Counted from the whole stretch's first letter, positions 11,780 to 23,544 are shown. The stretch is 60,387 nt of DNA, filler included, from Squatina squatina (GCA_031763465.1; 4 parts of 4 records of this genome joined end to end with filler, not necessarily neighbours in it); one strand, 5' to 3'. Program-made: numbers and translations. The notes: generated by a model from the letters alone, not told the origin.

Positions 11780-11960
11780 TTGGGGTGCAACCTGAGAACC
11801 TGATGGCGCTGATACTGGCGAAATCCATAGCGGAGTGCGAGGGCATGGAGCTGGCGGGCATGTATGCACATTGTGGGAATTCCTACAGCGTGACTGGAGT
11901 GAAGGAGATCCAGGCCGTGGCACACAACACCACCACCGCCACACTGGAATTTGTGGAGAA
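11780..11960 (+). CDS. Internal exon of a D-serine dehydratase / D-threo-3-hydroxyaspartate dehydratase-like fold-type III PLP enzyme
   Basis: 181-nt exon with ctttctttctgcctgcag acceptor and GTACGA donor. Encodes GVQPENLMALILAKSIAECEGMELAGMYAHCGNSYSVTGVKEIQAVAHNTTTATLEFVE(K). The GxYAHCGNxY motif is typical of vertebrate DSD. Confidence 0.8.
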
Positions 11961-11999
11961 GTACGAGGAAAGCAGCAAAGAATGTAACAATCCAGGTTG

Positions 12000-12450
12000 T
12001 CAGCCATGGCTCAGTGGCAGCGCTCTTACCTGTCAGACAAAAGGTTGTGGGTTCAGGCCTTGTACACAAAAATGCTACTGAGACTTGAGCACAAAATGTA
12101 GGCTGACACTCCAGTGCAGTACTGAGGGAGTGCTGCACTGTTGGAGGTGTCATCTTTCTGATGAGTCGTCTGCCCTCTCAGGTGGACGTAAAAGATCCCA
12201 TGGCACTATTTTGAAGAAGAGCAGGGGAGTTATTTCCGGTGTCCGGGTCAATATTTATCAATCAACATCACAAAAATAGATTATTTGATCATTATCACAT
12301 TGCTGCTTGTGGGAGCTTGGTTTGTGTAAATTGGCTGACATGTTTCCAACATTACAACAGTAACTACACTAAGCACTTCCTTGGCTGTAAAGTGCTTTGG
12401 GACATTCGGTGGTCATGGAAGGCACTATAGAAATGCAAGTCTTTCTTTCT
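12000..12450 (+). mobile_element. DeuSINE (SacSINE1-like), near full length
   Basis: A-box tggctcagtgg, B-box-like ggttca, Deu core, and tail ending ggcactatagaaatgcaagtctttctttc. Confidence 0.85.
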
Positions 12451-13439
12451 TTAGATGGTCCAGAATCCTCTGTGTAGAAAAATTGTAAATATTATTGGCC
12501 TACACAGAAGTGGTTTATTGTAATCCAAAACAGTGCTCATGTGCAGGTACCGAGAAGTAGATAATGCATGTAAAATAAGCAGATATGGACAATATATTTT
12601 GCAACTGTTACTGTGAACCAAGCTTCATATTAATTATGCTGTGGTGAAAAAAAATTACACTGAAGGGATAGCGCCAGATTCTCTGGTGGGTAACCCCAAC
12701 ATCAGTCTTTGGAACTCTTTCCAAACTCTCTAGTTCTGCATGAGTTTACTCAGTTTCTGATGCATCTTTCTGTTCACGTAGCATACTAATCTGACCTTCC
12801 TTGGCTTGACAAATTTTTATCCTGGACATTGTGGAAACTTCTTTCACCTGTTGAGAGTTGTTTTGCAGGGAGGTCGTAGCATTGATCGGACCAGTTGTTC
12901 CCCAGGATTGCTTGCGGATTAGGGGTGACCTTGAGTTGAAATTAGTTACATCTTGGCCACTGATGGAACTTCATTGCCCGTGAAGTAGCCCTTTCCTTTT
13001 TTTTGATCCATTGCTTTTGATCAGTACATCTTAGTTAGAGTTTGTTTGTTATAGATCATTGCCTGAATATCAAGATGCTCAATTGTAATTATTGCAACTG
13101 GGGTCTGCTTATTGTGGCTGAAACTCCAGAATGGTAAGTATTATCTGGGGCTGCTGAAGGAGACCTCAAAACATTCCAAAGTGCTTTATAATCAATTAAG
13201 TACTTTTCAAGTGTTGTCACTNNNNNNNNNNNNNNNNNNNNNNNNNNNNNNNNNNNNNNNNNNNNNNNNNNNNNNNNNNNNNNNNNNNNNNNNNNNNNNN
13301 NNNNNNNNNNNNNNNNNNNNNGGGTTGGATTTCCAGGGCCACAAGTGTCCCACCAGTTGTAGTTTGGACAGTCTCGCATCGACAGCTTCTGTTTATTGTC
13401 TGTCTCACCCCTACTCTTGTGTAAAAATTGGGTCAGTTA

Positions 13440-13590
13440 CATAGGCACTGGCGGGCTTCCAGCACTTAGCTTAAGTGACTGTTCTTTCATGTGCAAGCCT
13501 GGGCGATGAGTGCCAGTGGGCTATTCGACCTCATGGCGAATCACAATCGAGTTCCGGTCCTGCTCTCACCCGATGTTCACAAGCACAGAG
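13440..13590 (-). mobile_element. AmnSINE2-like SINE fragment
   Basis: The reverse complement (catcgggtgagagcaggacc...gtcgaatagccc...cacatgaaagaa) resembles the AmnSINE2 body as I recall it. Not database-checked. Confidence 0.5.
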
Positions 13591-14334
13591 AGAGTCACGA
13601 ACATCAGCAATGGGGGTGGGGGGTAGACTTGAAGGGGTTGAAAAGAGTTAAAGATATTGTCTGTCGGAGCTTTTTAAATGCAATCCAGTTATATCTTCCT
13701 TCATTAACCCCTATCCCATAGGACAGAGCTCCAACTCTGCACTACTTTATGAAAAAGGCTTCAGGTAATAACACAGCTTTTGAATTCAACTCCGTCAAAC
13801 AGCAGGGAGGTGGGGCTGTTGGGGAAGGTATTGAGGGATGATGAAGGCCTGTGAATGTATAAGAGGCCCGTAGCAGCACTGCTGGATAATGGCTGCTTCC
13901 AAAACGTAAATTGTTAAGTGTTAACAATCTCTCGTGACACTTCCCCTTCACCCCTTGTCTCACCCCTGCCCCCAGGGACCTTATGTGCAATCTTTTTATA
14001 ACTGCATGCAGATACTACAACCTTTAATTACTTTCTGCCTCTGATGTCTAACAAGGATCAGGTTACAGGCTTCAAGCAGGAGGAACGTTGTTGACCCAGT
14101 ACTGCTATTATCTTCCTTTGTCTGCCTNNNNNNNNNNNNNNNNNNNNNNNNNNNNNNNNNNNNNNNNNNNNNNNNNNNNNNNNNNNNNNNNNNNNNNNNN
14201 NNNNNNNNNNNNNNNNNNNNNNNNNNNCACTTTTAGGAAAGGAGAAAACAAAACATTCAAACTGTTAGTACATTTCCAATATCATCTGTCTTGTGCAATA
14301 CGGCACGTGGTAGTAGATTAACCATAAATGAGAG

Positions 14335-14560
14335 TGATTCCAAGGTCTTGGCCAACATTTATTCCCCATCCAACATCACCAAAACAGATTTAGCTGGTTA
14401 ATCACCTCATTTGCTGATTGCGAGTGTGTGCTGTGCACCAATTGGCTGGCTCATTTTCCTACTTCTGACTGCACTTCACAAAAGTAATTCAGTGGCTGTG
14501 AAGTGCTTTGGGACATCCTGCAGGCCTTTGGAACAGCATATTTGCAAGTTCTTTCTTTAT
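14335..14560 (+). mobile_element. DeuSINE 3' fragment
   Basis: Homologous to 12240-12450 (caacatcaccaaaacagatt...gtgaagtgctttgggacatcctg). Confidence 0.7.
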
Positions 14561-15191
14561 AGGATCTTTTTAGTATCTTTACCTCAGTTGCTTACACAGT
14601 CGCCCATTGTCATTCTTTCCCATCCTCAATCTTCCCTCCCCCCTTGACAAACCCAAGCATGGTGTCAACTATTCTATAATGCTTGATTTATCTCATCTTA
14701 TCTCCTAGTCTTATGAACCCTGGTGTTGTTTAGCACTGTGGGCCTAGGTTTCCTCATTTTTAAAAAACTATTCATTTAAAGAAAAAGCTTAGGCTAATGT
14801 GAGACACAAAAGCTCCCTTTGAGAGAAAAAAGGGCAGTTTAAGTGTTGTGAGTCTAATCTCTTTTTATTGCTCTCCAGTATTGGCCTCTTTACTGCTGCA
14901 AATCCCCCTGCCCCCTCCTCCCCAGGGGGAGGATCTGGGCCTGTAGCACACACACACCTCTGGACATCAGTGGCCTGCTTTGATGTCCGGGACTAACTAT
15001 TGTTAAGCAGGAAGCATCCATCTGTCACTTCAGAAGTCAGACACGAAACCCCGGGGGTGGGGGTGAGACTTGAATAGTTTACGAGAGGCCGCAGTAAAAT
15101 GCTGTTTGCCCAATGATCAGGAGAGAGAAGTGTGAGGAGCAGGGAAATGCGCAGGTAACCATACCCACAGCAGGTCTGCAGGGAGCGTAAC

Positions 15192-15470
15192 AACATAAGA
15201 ATTAGGAGCAGAAATAGGCCATATGGCCACTTGAGCCTGCTCCGCCATTCAATAAGGTCATGGCTAATCTTTGATCACAACTCCAATTTCCCGCTCGATC
15301 TCCATATCCCTTAATTTCCTGAGAGTCCAAAAATCTATCTTTCTCAGCTTGGATTTATACTCAACGATTCAGCATCCACCAACCCTTTGGGTACAGAATT
15401 CCAAAGATTCGCAACCCTCTGAGTGACGAAATTCCTCCACATCTCAGTCTTATCCTGAGACTATGCCCCC
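15192..15470 (-). mobile_element. CR1 LINE 3' end
   Basis: acataagaattaggagcag...ggccat is the reversed CR1 tail. The reverse strand reads GHSLRIR...RRNFVTQRVANLWNSVP. Confidence 0.8.
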
Positions 15471-16323
15471 NNNNNNNNNNNNNNNNNNNNNNNNNNNNNN
15501 NNNNNNNNNNNNNNNNNNNNNNNNNNNNNNNNNNNNNNNNNNNNNNNNNNNNNNNNNNNNNNNNNNNNNNAATACAGGGAAGAGTGTGCAGAGAGAAAAG
15601 GCAAGAGACAATAAGGAAGAAAGTAAGTAGAAAAATGGAGAGTGAAAATAAAACACAGGAGAGCACACACAAACAGAAAACAGGCAGTGTGCAGATAGAA
15701 AACATAAGCGCGCAGAGTTGCAGTGATATAAGAGGGAGAGTGCATGAGCAAAATTGTTTCCTTTTACAGTCGTGCACAATGTGGGTGTTTTGGAATAAAG
15801 TTTAATGAAACTAACAGCAACCCTTTGTACAGTTCATAGTGTGAGAATATTCTTTAATATCACCTTTCAAGTTACAGCCTCTTAATGTCCTTAATCTGTA
15901 CCCTGTAGCTAATGCAGTGCTGTAGTTGACTGCTTTTTCAGTAGTCAAACTAGTTCCCTTCCCCGACCTTCTGCTTTAAACAGTGCTCACCCCATCCCTC
16001 CCTCTCCTTCCAAGAACCACTGCACACATCACAGGAGCATGACTTTAACCATAAATGATTAAAAACAAGAATGGTGAAGTTCTTTTTTTAAAAAAAAGAC
16101 TCCAAGCGGATTTCAAACAATGTATTTTTTTTACTTTTAAAAATACACGACATTCATCCCTGCAAATATCCAGCTCCTAGCACCAAGTGAAATCTCTGCA
16201 AGTTGTAAAATTACAAACGCACANNNNNNNNNNNNNNNNNNNNNNNNNNNNNNNNNNNNNNNNNNNNNNNNNNNNNNNNNNNNNNNNNNNNNNNNNNNNN
16301 NNNNNNNNNNNNNNNNNNNNNNN

Positions 16324-16640
16324 CTAAAGGCATCGGCCTCCTCACCGAGTACGACTCTGCAACACTTGAGTGCCCTCGCTACCTCTCCCGAGCGACCAGT
16401 CTTTGTGCCTGAGCCAAGCCGGTGAGCAGCAGCAGGAGGAGAAAGGTGGGCTTGATCCTACCCTGGACCAAACCTACACCCTCTCATTCCAGCATGGGCA
16501 CTGAATAGCAATTGGGAGCAGGCACCATGGCGGACTTTCCCCTCTCCCTGGGGAGATGCTGAGGGCAACTGCAGCACCTCACCCACTTCGCCACTGGGGA
16601 TTGGCTAACTCAGCACAGGATCGAGAACCTAGGACCGTCC
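16324..16640 (-). mobile_element. AmnSINE2-like SINE, degenerate
   Basis: The reverse complement begins ggtcctaggttctcgatcctgtgctgagttagcc, a tRNA-like head followed by an AmnSINE2-like body. From memory, not database-checked. Confidence 0.5.
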
Positions 16641-16758
16641 AATATGGCTTTTGGTGAGATATGACTGAACTCGTATCATAATCCGAATCTCAGGATCCCT
16701 TTCTCACCAACACACACGCGCTCACATGCATACGCACATGCTGTACACCCGCACATAC

Positions 16759-16827
16759 CTGGCGGTAAGAGTTGGGTGTCCCGTCTCCACTTCCATCTTG
16801 TCCATGTAGCTCAGTGAGCATGGGGTC
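16759..16827 (-). CDS. SETD2: Candidate 69-nt in-frame cassette exon of SETD2 (DPMLTELHGQDGSGDGTPNSYRQ)
   Basis: Strong pyrimidine tract ttgtttgtttcttgttacttttag and donor CAG|GTATGT. Phase 0/0 matches the upstream SETD2 exon on the same contig, and there is no stop codon. Confidence 0.6.
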
Positions 16828-17159
16828 CTAAAAGTAACAAGAAACAAACAATAAGACATCTGCTCCAGCTTCCTTTAGCTGACAGATGTCACACGGTCTT
16901 TAGGATATAACAATCAGGTAACACTGGCGGATAAGAAATGCAGTGCAGACGGGTAAAGGGCGCAGAGCAGACAGGTAGTAATATGCCAGTGGGTAAGGGT
17001 GCAGAGCGGACGGGCAAGGGACGCATCAGCGTGTGAAAGACACAGTGCCAGAGTAACAGATGCGCCTCCGCTGAGTGAGAGATATGAAATCATTTTGTTT
17101 TGCACTGAAATCTCGAGAGTCATTAACGCCCTTCCCGGTTCAGCAGCAAGAAACGTCAC

Positions 17160-17271
17160 CTTGGCTGGATTTTCATCGTACGTGGGGGTCCCGAGGTCCA
17201 TTTCAGCTTCGTGACCTACGCTCATGTCGTCACTGCCTCCGTCCCACAACGGTGGGTCCCACTGCGTTTGC
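17160..17271 (-). CDS. SETD2: Internal exon of H3K36 methyltransferase SETD2 (end of WW domain and linker)
   Basis: 112-nt exon with ttccttcag acceptor and AAG|GTGACG donor. Encodes (R)QTQWDPPLWDGGSDDMSVGHEAEMDLGTPTYDENPAK. Confidence 0.95.
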
Positions 17272-17395
17272 CTGAAGGAATACACATGAACGAGTGAGGC
17301 AGGATTTTAGAGTGTCAAGCAAAACAGGTAGAGCACAGCAAGTAATCAGGAGATGGTCCAGGGCTCTGGGGCCGACACCAGCCCATTGTACTCAG

Positions 17396-17495
17396 NNNNN
17401 NNNNNNNNNNNNNNNNNNNNNNNNNNNNNNNNNNNNNNNTTAATTAATTAANNNNNNNNNNNNNNNNNNNNNNNNNNNNNNNNNNNNNNNNNNNN
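17396..17495. other. Artificial scaffold-joining linker
   Basis: N44-TTAATTAATTAA (17440-17451)-N44, with stops in all six frames. Confidence 0.95.
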
Positions 17496-17870
17496 GCGGC
17501 TCCTCGTCTGAATAAGTCCACCATTGCCTTGCCTGGCACGCTGACTGGCATGCCAGGCTGGTGGCCCGGTCGCCGGGGTCCCCGGTGGCCCAGGGTAGTG
17601 CATTCAGGATAGCCGACGGCCCTCTCCTTTAAGGGAGGCCCGGCTGTCCTGCTGACGTCAGCGCTCTGTGCGCTGACATCAGTGTGCAACGCGCTGATGC
17701 GGCGTTTCAGACACCAGTGACGTGGCGTTGAAGCTACGCCACTGGCGTCTGATCCCGGCCGCCCTAGGAGCATCCGGGACCACGCTGCGCCCCGCAGGCG
17801 CCCCGGAGCAGCGAATTCTGGTAAGGCTGGGGTGCGTTTCGAATGTGGCGCCAGGCAATTTCGGCCCCTA
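17496..17870. mobile_element. CpG-rich TIR element end (probably a Harbinger-type non-autonomous element)
   Basis: GC/CpG-rich block ending abruptly at gcaatttcggcccc-ta. Similar termini occur at ~9490, ~29450, ~35180 and ~57280. Confidence 0.5.
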
Positions 17871-18049
17871 TATGTTTTATTTCTTGTAACATGCTTGCAT
17901 ATAACACACATGTGCCGTTTAGATTCCTTTCACTAAACAAAATGTGTTTTATGCAAAAATGATAGAACTACTACTTGAAAATCTGTGATCACTGTTCTGC
18001 TAAAATGTGTATTCCTATTGAACAGATTTTCTTATGTGCCTCCCTGTAG

Positions 18050-18100
18050 GATTCAGAAAGAACTCGCAGAGATTACGCTGGATCCTCCTCCAAACTGCAG
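18050..18100 (+). CDS. Exon of a UBE2E-family ubiquitin-conjugating enzyme (start of UBC domain)
   Basis: 51-nt exon with ccctgtag acceptor and CAG|GTAAGA donor. Encodes (R)IQKELAEITLDPPPNC(S). Paralogue not resolvable. Confidence 0.93.
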
Positions 18101-20483
18101 GTAAGAACAGTTGGATGCATTGTTTATTGTGATGTGGGAAATATTGATCAGGTTTTATAGAAAATACGTGCTTTTCCTGGATTGTTTCCACTAGGACATT
18201 TTCCTTCTTTGCCTACAATATGCAAGACTATGAGGTATTAGATGAGCTGTTAAAGATAAGGAAGATTGAAGCTGTTGTATGATTGCCGTTATCAAATTGT
18301 GTAATTTACACATGTTTTCATTAAATGATTGATGCTGATCAAAATATAAGTTGTGAATAATGNNNNNNNNNNNNNNNNNNNNNNNNNNNNNNNNNNNNNN
18401 NNNNNNNNNNNNNNNNNNNNNNNNNNNNNNNNNNNNNNNNNNNNNNNNNNNNNNNNNNNNNNNNNNNNNNNNNNNNNNNNNNNNNNNNNNNNNNNNNNNN
18501 NNNNNNNNNNNNNNNNNNNNNNNNNNNNNNNNNNNNNNNNNNNNNNNNNNNNNNNNNNNNNNNNNNNNNNNNNNNNNNNNNNNNNNNNNNNNNNNNNNNN
18601 NNNNNNNNNNNNNNNNNNNNNNNNNNNNNNNNNNNNNNNNNNNNNNNNNNNNNNNNNNNNNNNNNNNNNNNNNNNNNNNNNNNNNNNNNNNNNNNNNNNN
18701 NNNNNNNNNNNNNNNNNNNNNNNNNNNNNNNNNNNNNNNNNNNNNNNNNNNNNNNNNNNNNNNNNNNNNNNNNNNNNNNNNNNNNNNNNNNNNNNNNNNN
18801 NNNNNNNNNNNNNNNNNNNNNNNNNNNNNNNNNNNNNNNNNNNNNNNNNNNNNNNNNNNNNNNNNNNNNNNNNNNNNNNNNNNNNNNNNNNNNNNNNNNN
18901 NNNNNNNNNNNNNNNNNNNNNNNNNNNNNNNNNNNNNNNNNNNNNNNNNNNNNNNNNNNNNNNNNNNNNNNNNNNNNNNNNNNNNNNNNNNNNNNNNNNN
19001 NNNNNNNNNNNNNNNNNNNNNNNNNNNNNNNNNNNNNNNNNNNNNNNNNNNNNNNNNNNNNNNNNNNNNNNNNNNNNNNNNNNNNNNNNNNNNNNNNNNN
19101 NNNNNNNNNNNNNNNNNNNNNNNNNNNNNNNNNNNNNNNNNNNNNNNNNNNNNNNNNNNNNNNNNNNNNNNNNNNNNNNNNNNNNNNNNNNNNNNNNNNN
19201 NNNNNNNNNNNNNNNNNNNNNNNNNNNNNNNNNNNNNNNNNNNNNNNNNNNNNNNNNNNNNNNNNNNNNNNNNNNNNNNNNNNNNTTTTACATTTTGTAT
19301 TCATGGTTTGGATTCACAATTTATTGAAAAGAGTAGAATATATTTCTTGATAAATTTCTTCTAGTAATTCAATACAAGATCAGTTGCGAGAGTGACGATT
19401 AAATGATTTACAACTGCCCGAGGTTGTGATTATTACAGCTTTGAAATCACTTCCACATGTTCAGTTTTTGTAATCTGAATTATGCGTACTGCACTTTTAT
19501 TCTTTTTTTTCCTGCTGGTGGCAGATGTCATAGCAGATATTGACAGCCTGTGCATTTCAGGGAGTTATTGCAAGTTGATCATTTTGACATGATCTATTGA
19601 GTGATAACCTACAGTTAATTACCAGGAAATGGCTGTCGTTGTATGTTCAGTATTAAGCCAGAAAACAGTTTTGTTGGGTGTACAGTCAGTTTTTATTAAT
19701 CAAGGTTTTGGACCTTGAAAATGATTAATATTAACCGCTTTGATTATCATAATATATGAATCAGTGGAGCGAGAGTGTAGCGTTCTTGGTGGTAGCTGAA
19801 CAGGATGGATTTGGTCTTGTTAATGTTAAGCGGGAGAAGTTCTGGTTTATCCACAATTTGATGTTGAATAAGCAGTTGGACAGTATAGAAATAGTCATGG
19901 TATCAAGGGTGTGGTGAATTAAAATAATTTTTGAACTTGTTTTTATGGTTATTTGTAATCTAAAATTGAATGAAAAGAAATAACTATCAAGTTTTAAAAT
20001 TGCAGCAGTTCTGCCGCAGCTGAGTCGTGATCATAAGTGATAATTCAGATTTTTCAAGGAAATGTCTTAAAGTCTGCACTTACACTACATAAATAGACCC
20101 TAAATTATGTAATCAAACTATGAAGCATTGACACTTAATGAAATAAGGGAACATCTGTAAATGCTCATACTGTATCATTGCATGTTGCTTCTTCCTGCCA
20201 AAAAAATCATTTGCATGTATTTACAACCAAATAGTTCTGATACTATTTTTCATTTGTGTCCATCCCTGGTGACCATGTAACATAATCAACTTATTTTTCT
20301 TAAAACTAATAATGATCAATACAGTTATATTTAGAAACTGTAGGCTGTTAGCATGTCTTTAAAAGATAAATGAAACAAAATCANNNNNNNNNNNNNNNNN
20401 NNNNNNNNNNNNNNNNNNNNNNNNNNNNNNNNNNNNNNNNNNNNNNNNNNNNNNNNNNNNNNNNNNNNNNNNNNNNNNNNNNN

Positions 20484-21087
20484 GGACGACATTCAGTCTT
20501 GGGCTGACAAATGGCTAGTAACATTCGCACCACACAAGTGCCATGTAATAAATATTTCCAACAAGAGAGCATCTCTCCACCACCCCTTGACATTCAGCGG
20601 CATTACCATTGCCAAATCACCCACCATCAACAGCCTAGACGGTCAACATTGAGCAGAAAATTAACTGGGCCAGCCACATAAATACTGTGGCTATAAAAGC
20701 AGGTGAGAGGCTGGGTATGCTGCAGTAAGTGTCTCACTTCCTGATTTACTAAAACCGTTCCACCATCTATAAAGCACAAGTCAGGAGTGTATGGAATACT
20801 TGCCTAGATGAGTGTCGCTCCAACAACACTCAAGAAGCTCAACATCATTTAGGACAAGCAGCCCACTTTTTTGGCACCCCATCCACCACATTAAACATTC
20901 ACTCCCTGCACCACCAGTGCACCACGGCTGCAGTGTGTACCATTTACAAAATGCACTGCATCAACTCACCTCGGCTTCTTCAGCAGCACCTCTCAAACCC
21001 AGAACCTCTACCACCTAGGAGGAGGAGGGCAGTAGGTGCATGGGAACGCCATTACGTGCAAGTTCCCCTTCAAGTTACACAACATCC
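20484..21087 (+). mobile_element. CR1-group LINE ORF2 3' fragment
   Basis: DDIQSWADKWLVTFAPHKC, HINTVAIKAGERLGML and STIYKAQVRS, degenerate. Confidence 0.8.
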
Positions 21088-22759
21088 NNNNNNNNNNNNN
21101 NNNNNNNNNNNNNNNNNNNNNNNNNNNNNNNNNNNNNNNNNNNNNNNNNNNNNNNNNNNNNNNNNNNNNNNNNNNNNNNNNNNNNNNATCCTGACCCCTG
21201 GGAAAGCACATTCACTAAGTGCAACGACAGCCCATCCCCTATTCCTAGCTTTATTTCCTTTTTTAAAAGAAATCCTTGTGTAAAAATGTCCTTTTGTTCC
21301 CTGATGACTTGAAACGATTTGAGACTTTGTTGTTTTTACAATGAGTAGGTTTGAATCTCTACAATGCGAAGAATGTTCAACTCGTACAAGTAGAGAGCTT
21401 TATTGTTACATAGCTTTGTATAAGTGTGTCTCCTTTCATGTGGTCCTTGAACCATAATAGATTATATCTAATTTCTTCATATAGGTAGTGCTTAGAACTG
21501 AGTTTTTTGTACTGAAGTCAATCATGTCAGGTGCATGCTACCAGGTTAAAGCTTTGTAATAAGCTTGAATTAACAATCATTGTGCATTATGATGATGACT
21601 GTCCTTTTCACCAGCCTGGAGTTTTTTTTCCCAAAAAGGCTGTTGAACAACACACAAGATTTGTGTATTTTGCAGAATATCTACTTTTAAATGCTTGTGA
21701 ATTTTGAGGTACCTGCAACTCCTGACTGTGGAACAGTTTGATGTACACTTGTATTATTGAAGCACTCAATAAAACAGCACTATGGCTGAACTATAGTTTA
21801 CATTTTCTTCACGTGCCCTTTACTTAAATGTCAACCTTTTTAATCGTGTAACATGATCACACAAAATAACAGGAGAGAAAAAAATGAAATGATGCGTTTC
21901 AAAATGTTAGGAGGGAATATGGTGTGGAACTTCTTCTACGNNNNNNNNNNNNNNNNNNNNNNNNNNNNNNNNNNNNNNNNNNNNNNNNNNNNNNNNNNNN
22001 NNNNNNNNNNNNNNNNNNNNNNNNNNNNNNNNNNNNNNNNTTATTATTAGTTGCATCTAATTTACTAGCCCCTGCACATGGAAGTTGTCTATTTTCTTCC
22101 TTTTATCTGCATTCAAAAGGTGTGGCAGAATAGTTGCAATTACTAAAGAGTTCTGAGTGTGGTGTGAGTACTGAAAATGAAACAGACAACTGTAATATCC
22201 TGTGGTGAAAAAACACATTGCTCATCATCTATCAACAATCGGGTTTGGTCCTTTCCAATCTATTTAGATCATGGTTTCAAATAGATAGAAGCATTTTCGA
22301 GCGTCGTAATTTGACTCCTGCTGTTTGACTCATGCACAGACCCTGTAGTGGGAGGTGGTGAACACATCTGATGCCTGCCTAAATCTGCCCTTTAATTACC
22401 GGTGCAAACATGATCAATTCTGACTCTGGGTACTGGCCGAGTGAACCCACGTCTTGAGTTGGTTTAAAGCCAAGATCAATTTGGAGACAGTCAAATGCAA
22501 CCACTCTGCACATTTGTGGCTGCCTGAATTCCATTCTGCAGAGCAAAAGCACGAAACACAAATAAACAGGTATATATGTCATTGTGCACTCAGTGACTGA
22601 TCACAGAATCCCAACCGCATGCAAAGAAAAAATATAAATGCAGCTGCAAAGCTGTCCAACAGTGTAAACAGAGCAGCTCCACTCCTCAGTAACATGGATC
22701 ATACCAACCCGCATAAATCAGGTGTGAGATCGGCACGCCTATCCTCCCACTGCACAAAC

Positions 22760-23540
22760 TTAACAAACTGAACAAATAAAATTCAATGTAGAGCAAAACA
22801 ACAGACAGACTGTAAGACAAACCGGCAGACAAGACAGACAGAGTGATTGACAGACTGAAGGAGGAAAAAAAAGATAGACACACAAACTTAGACAGGAATA
22901 AAGACTGACAGAGACTGATGGATAGGATGAAAGAGACAGAAAAGAAAGACAAAAAGAGACAGACACATTTGAAAGAGACAGGCAGGGTGGTTGAAAGGCA
23001 GAGATACTGAAAGAGACAGACAGACTAAGGTACAGAGAGAGAGCTAGAGGGCTGGTGTGCAGAGAGACATTCGAAGACTGAGAGAAGCTGAGACAAACAT
23101 TGGGAAGGAAAGAGAATCTGAAAGAGAGAAACACAAAGACAGACACATGTACACACAGAAAAAGAAACATACAGGCATAAAAAAGGATTAAGCAAGACTG
23201 AAACACACACACACAGGCAGATACAGAGACTTAAAAAAGACAGAAACCCAGACAGACAGAGACTGAAAGAGGCATAGACAATGAAAGAGAGATCGACTGA
23301 GAGAGGCTCACACAAAGTGAGATAGAGAAAATTACTCCGAAACCGTGTGAGAAGCACACACTTGAACAGACAGAATGAAACGCATTGAAATGGACACAGA
23401 CAGAGAGACTGATAAGAGGCACTGTTACACAGAAGGGCACACAATGATAGAAAGACATACACAGTCACAGAGGTATGCACAGAATGAGAGCTACACACAT
23501 AGATAGAGACAGATACATATAGAGAGGCATCGACACAAAT
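22760..23540. repeat. Degenerate (GA/CA)-rich low-complexity tract
   Basis: Long run of AGAC/AGAG/ACAC motifs, which produces spurious Ser/Leu/Cys-rich ORFs. Confidence 0.85.
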
Positions 23541-23544
23541 ATTT

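Noticed and set aside
12004-12062. tRNA gene
   Set aside because: The A/B boxes belong to a SINE head and no cloverleaf forms.
11961-12081. C-terminal extension of the 98-aa ORF at 11785
   Set aside because: Read-through past the splice donor into the intron and a SINE head.
17440-17451. Recurring TTAATTAATTAA as a biological motif
   Set aside because: It is always centred in an N44/N44 spacer, so it is a synthetic linker.
18339-19364. 321-334 aa ORFs, the ORFs at 44003-44701, and other X-containing ORFs
   Set aside because: They are translations of N gaps.
21301-21320. CTGATGA-ctt-GAAAC hammerhead-like motif (also CTGATGA at 10552 and 12158)
   Set aside because: No supporting helices at 21301, no GAAA after the hairpin at 10552, and 12158 is part of the DeuSINE core.
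22686-23498. Hydrophobic Ser/Leu/Cys-rich 'membrane protein' ORFs (also 15361-15779 and 30060-30470)
   Set aside because: Translations of CT/GT low-complexity sequence.
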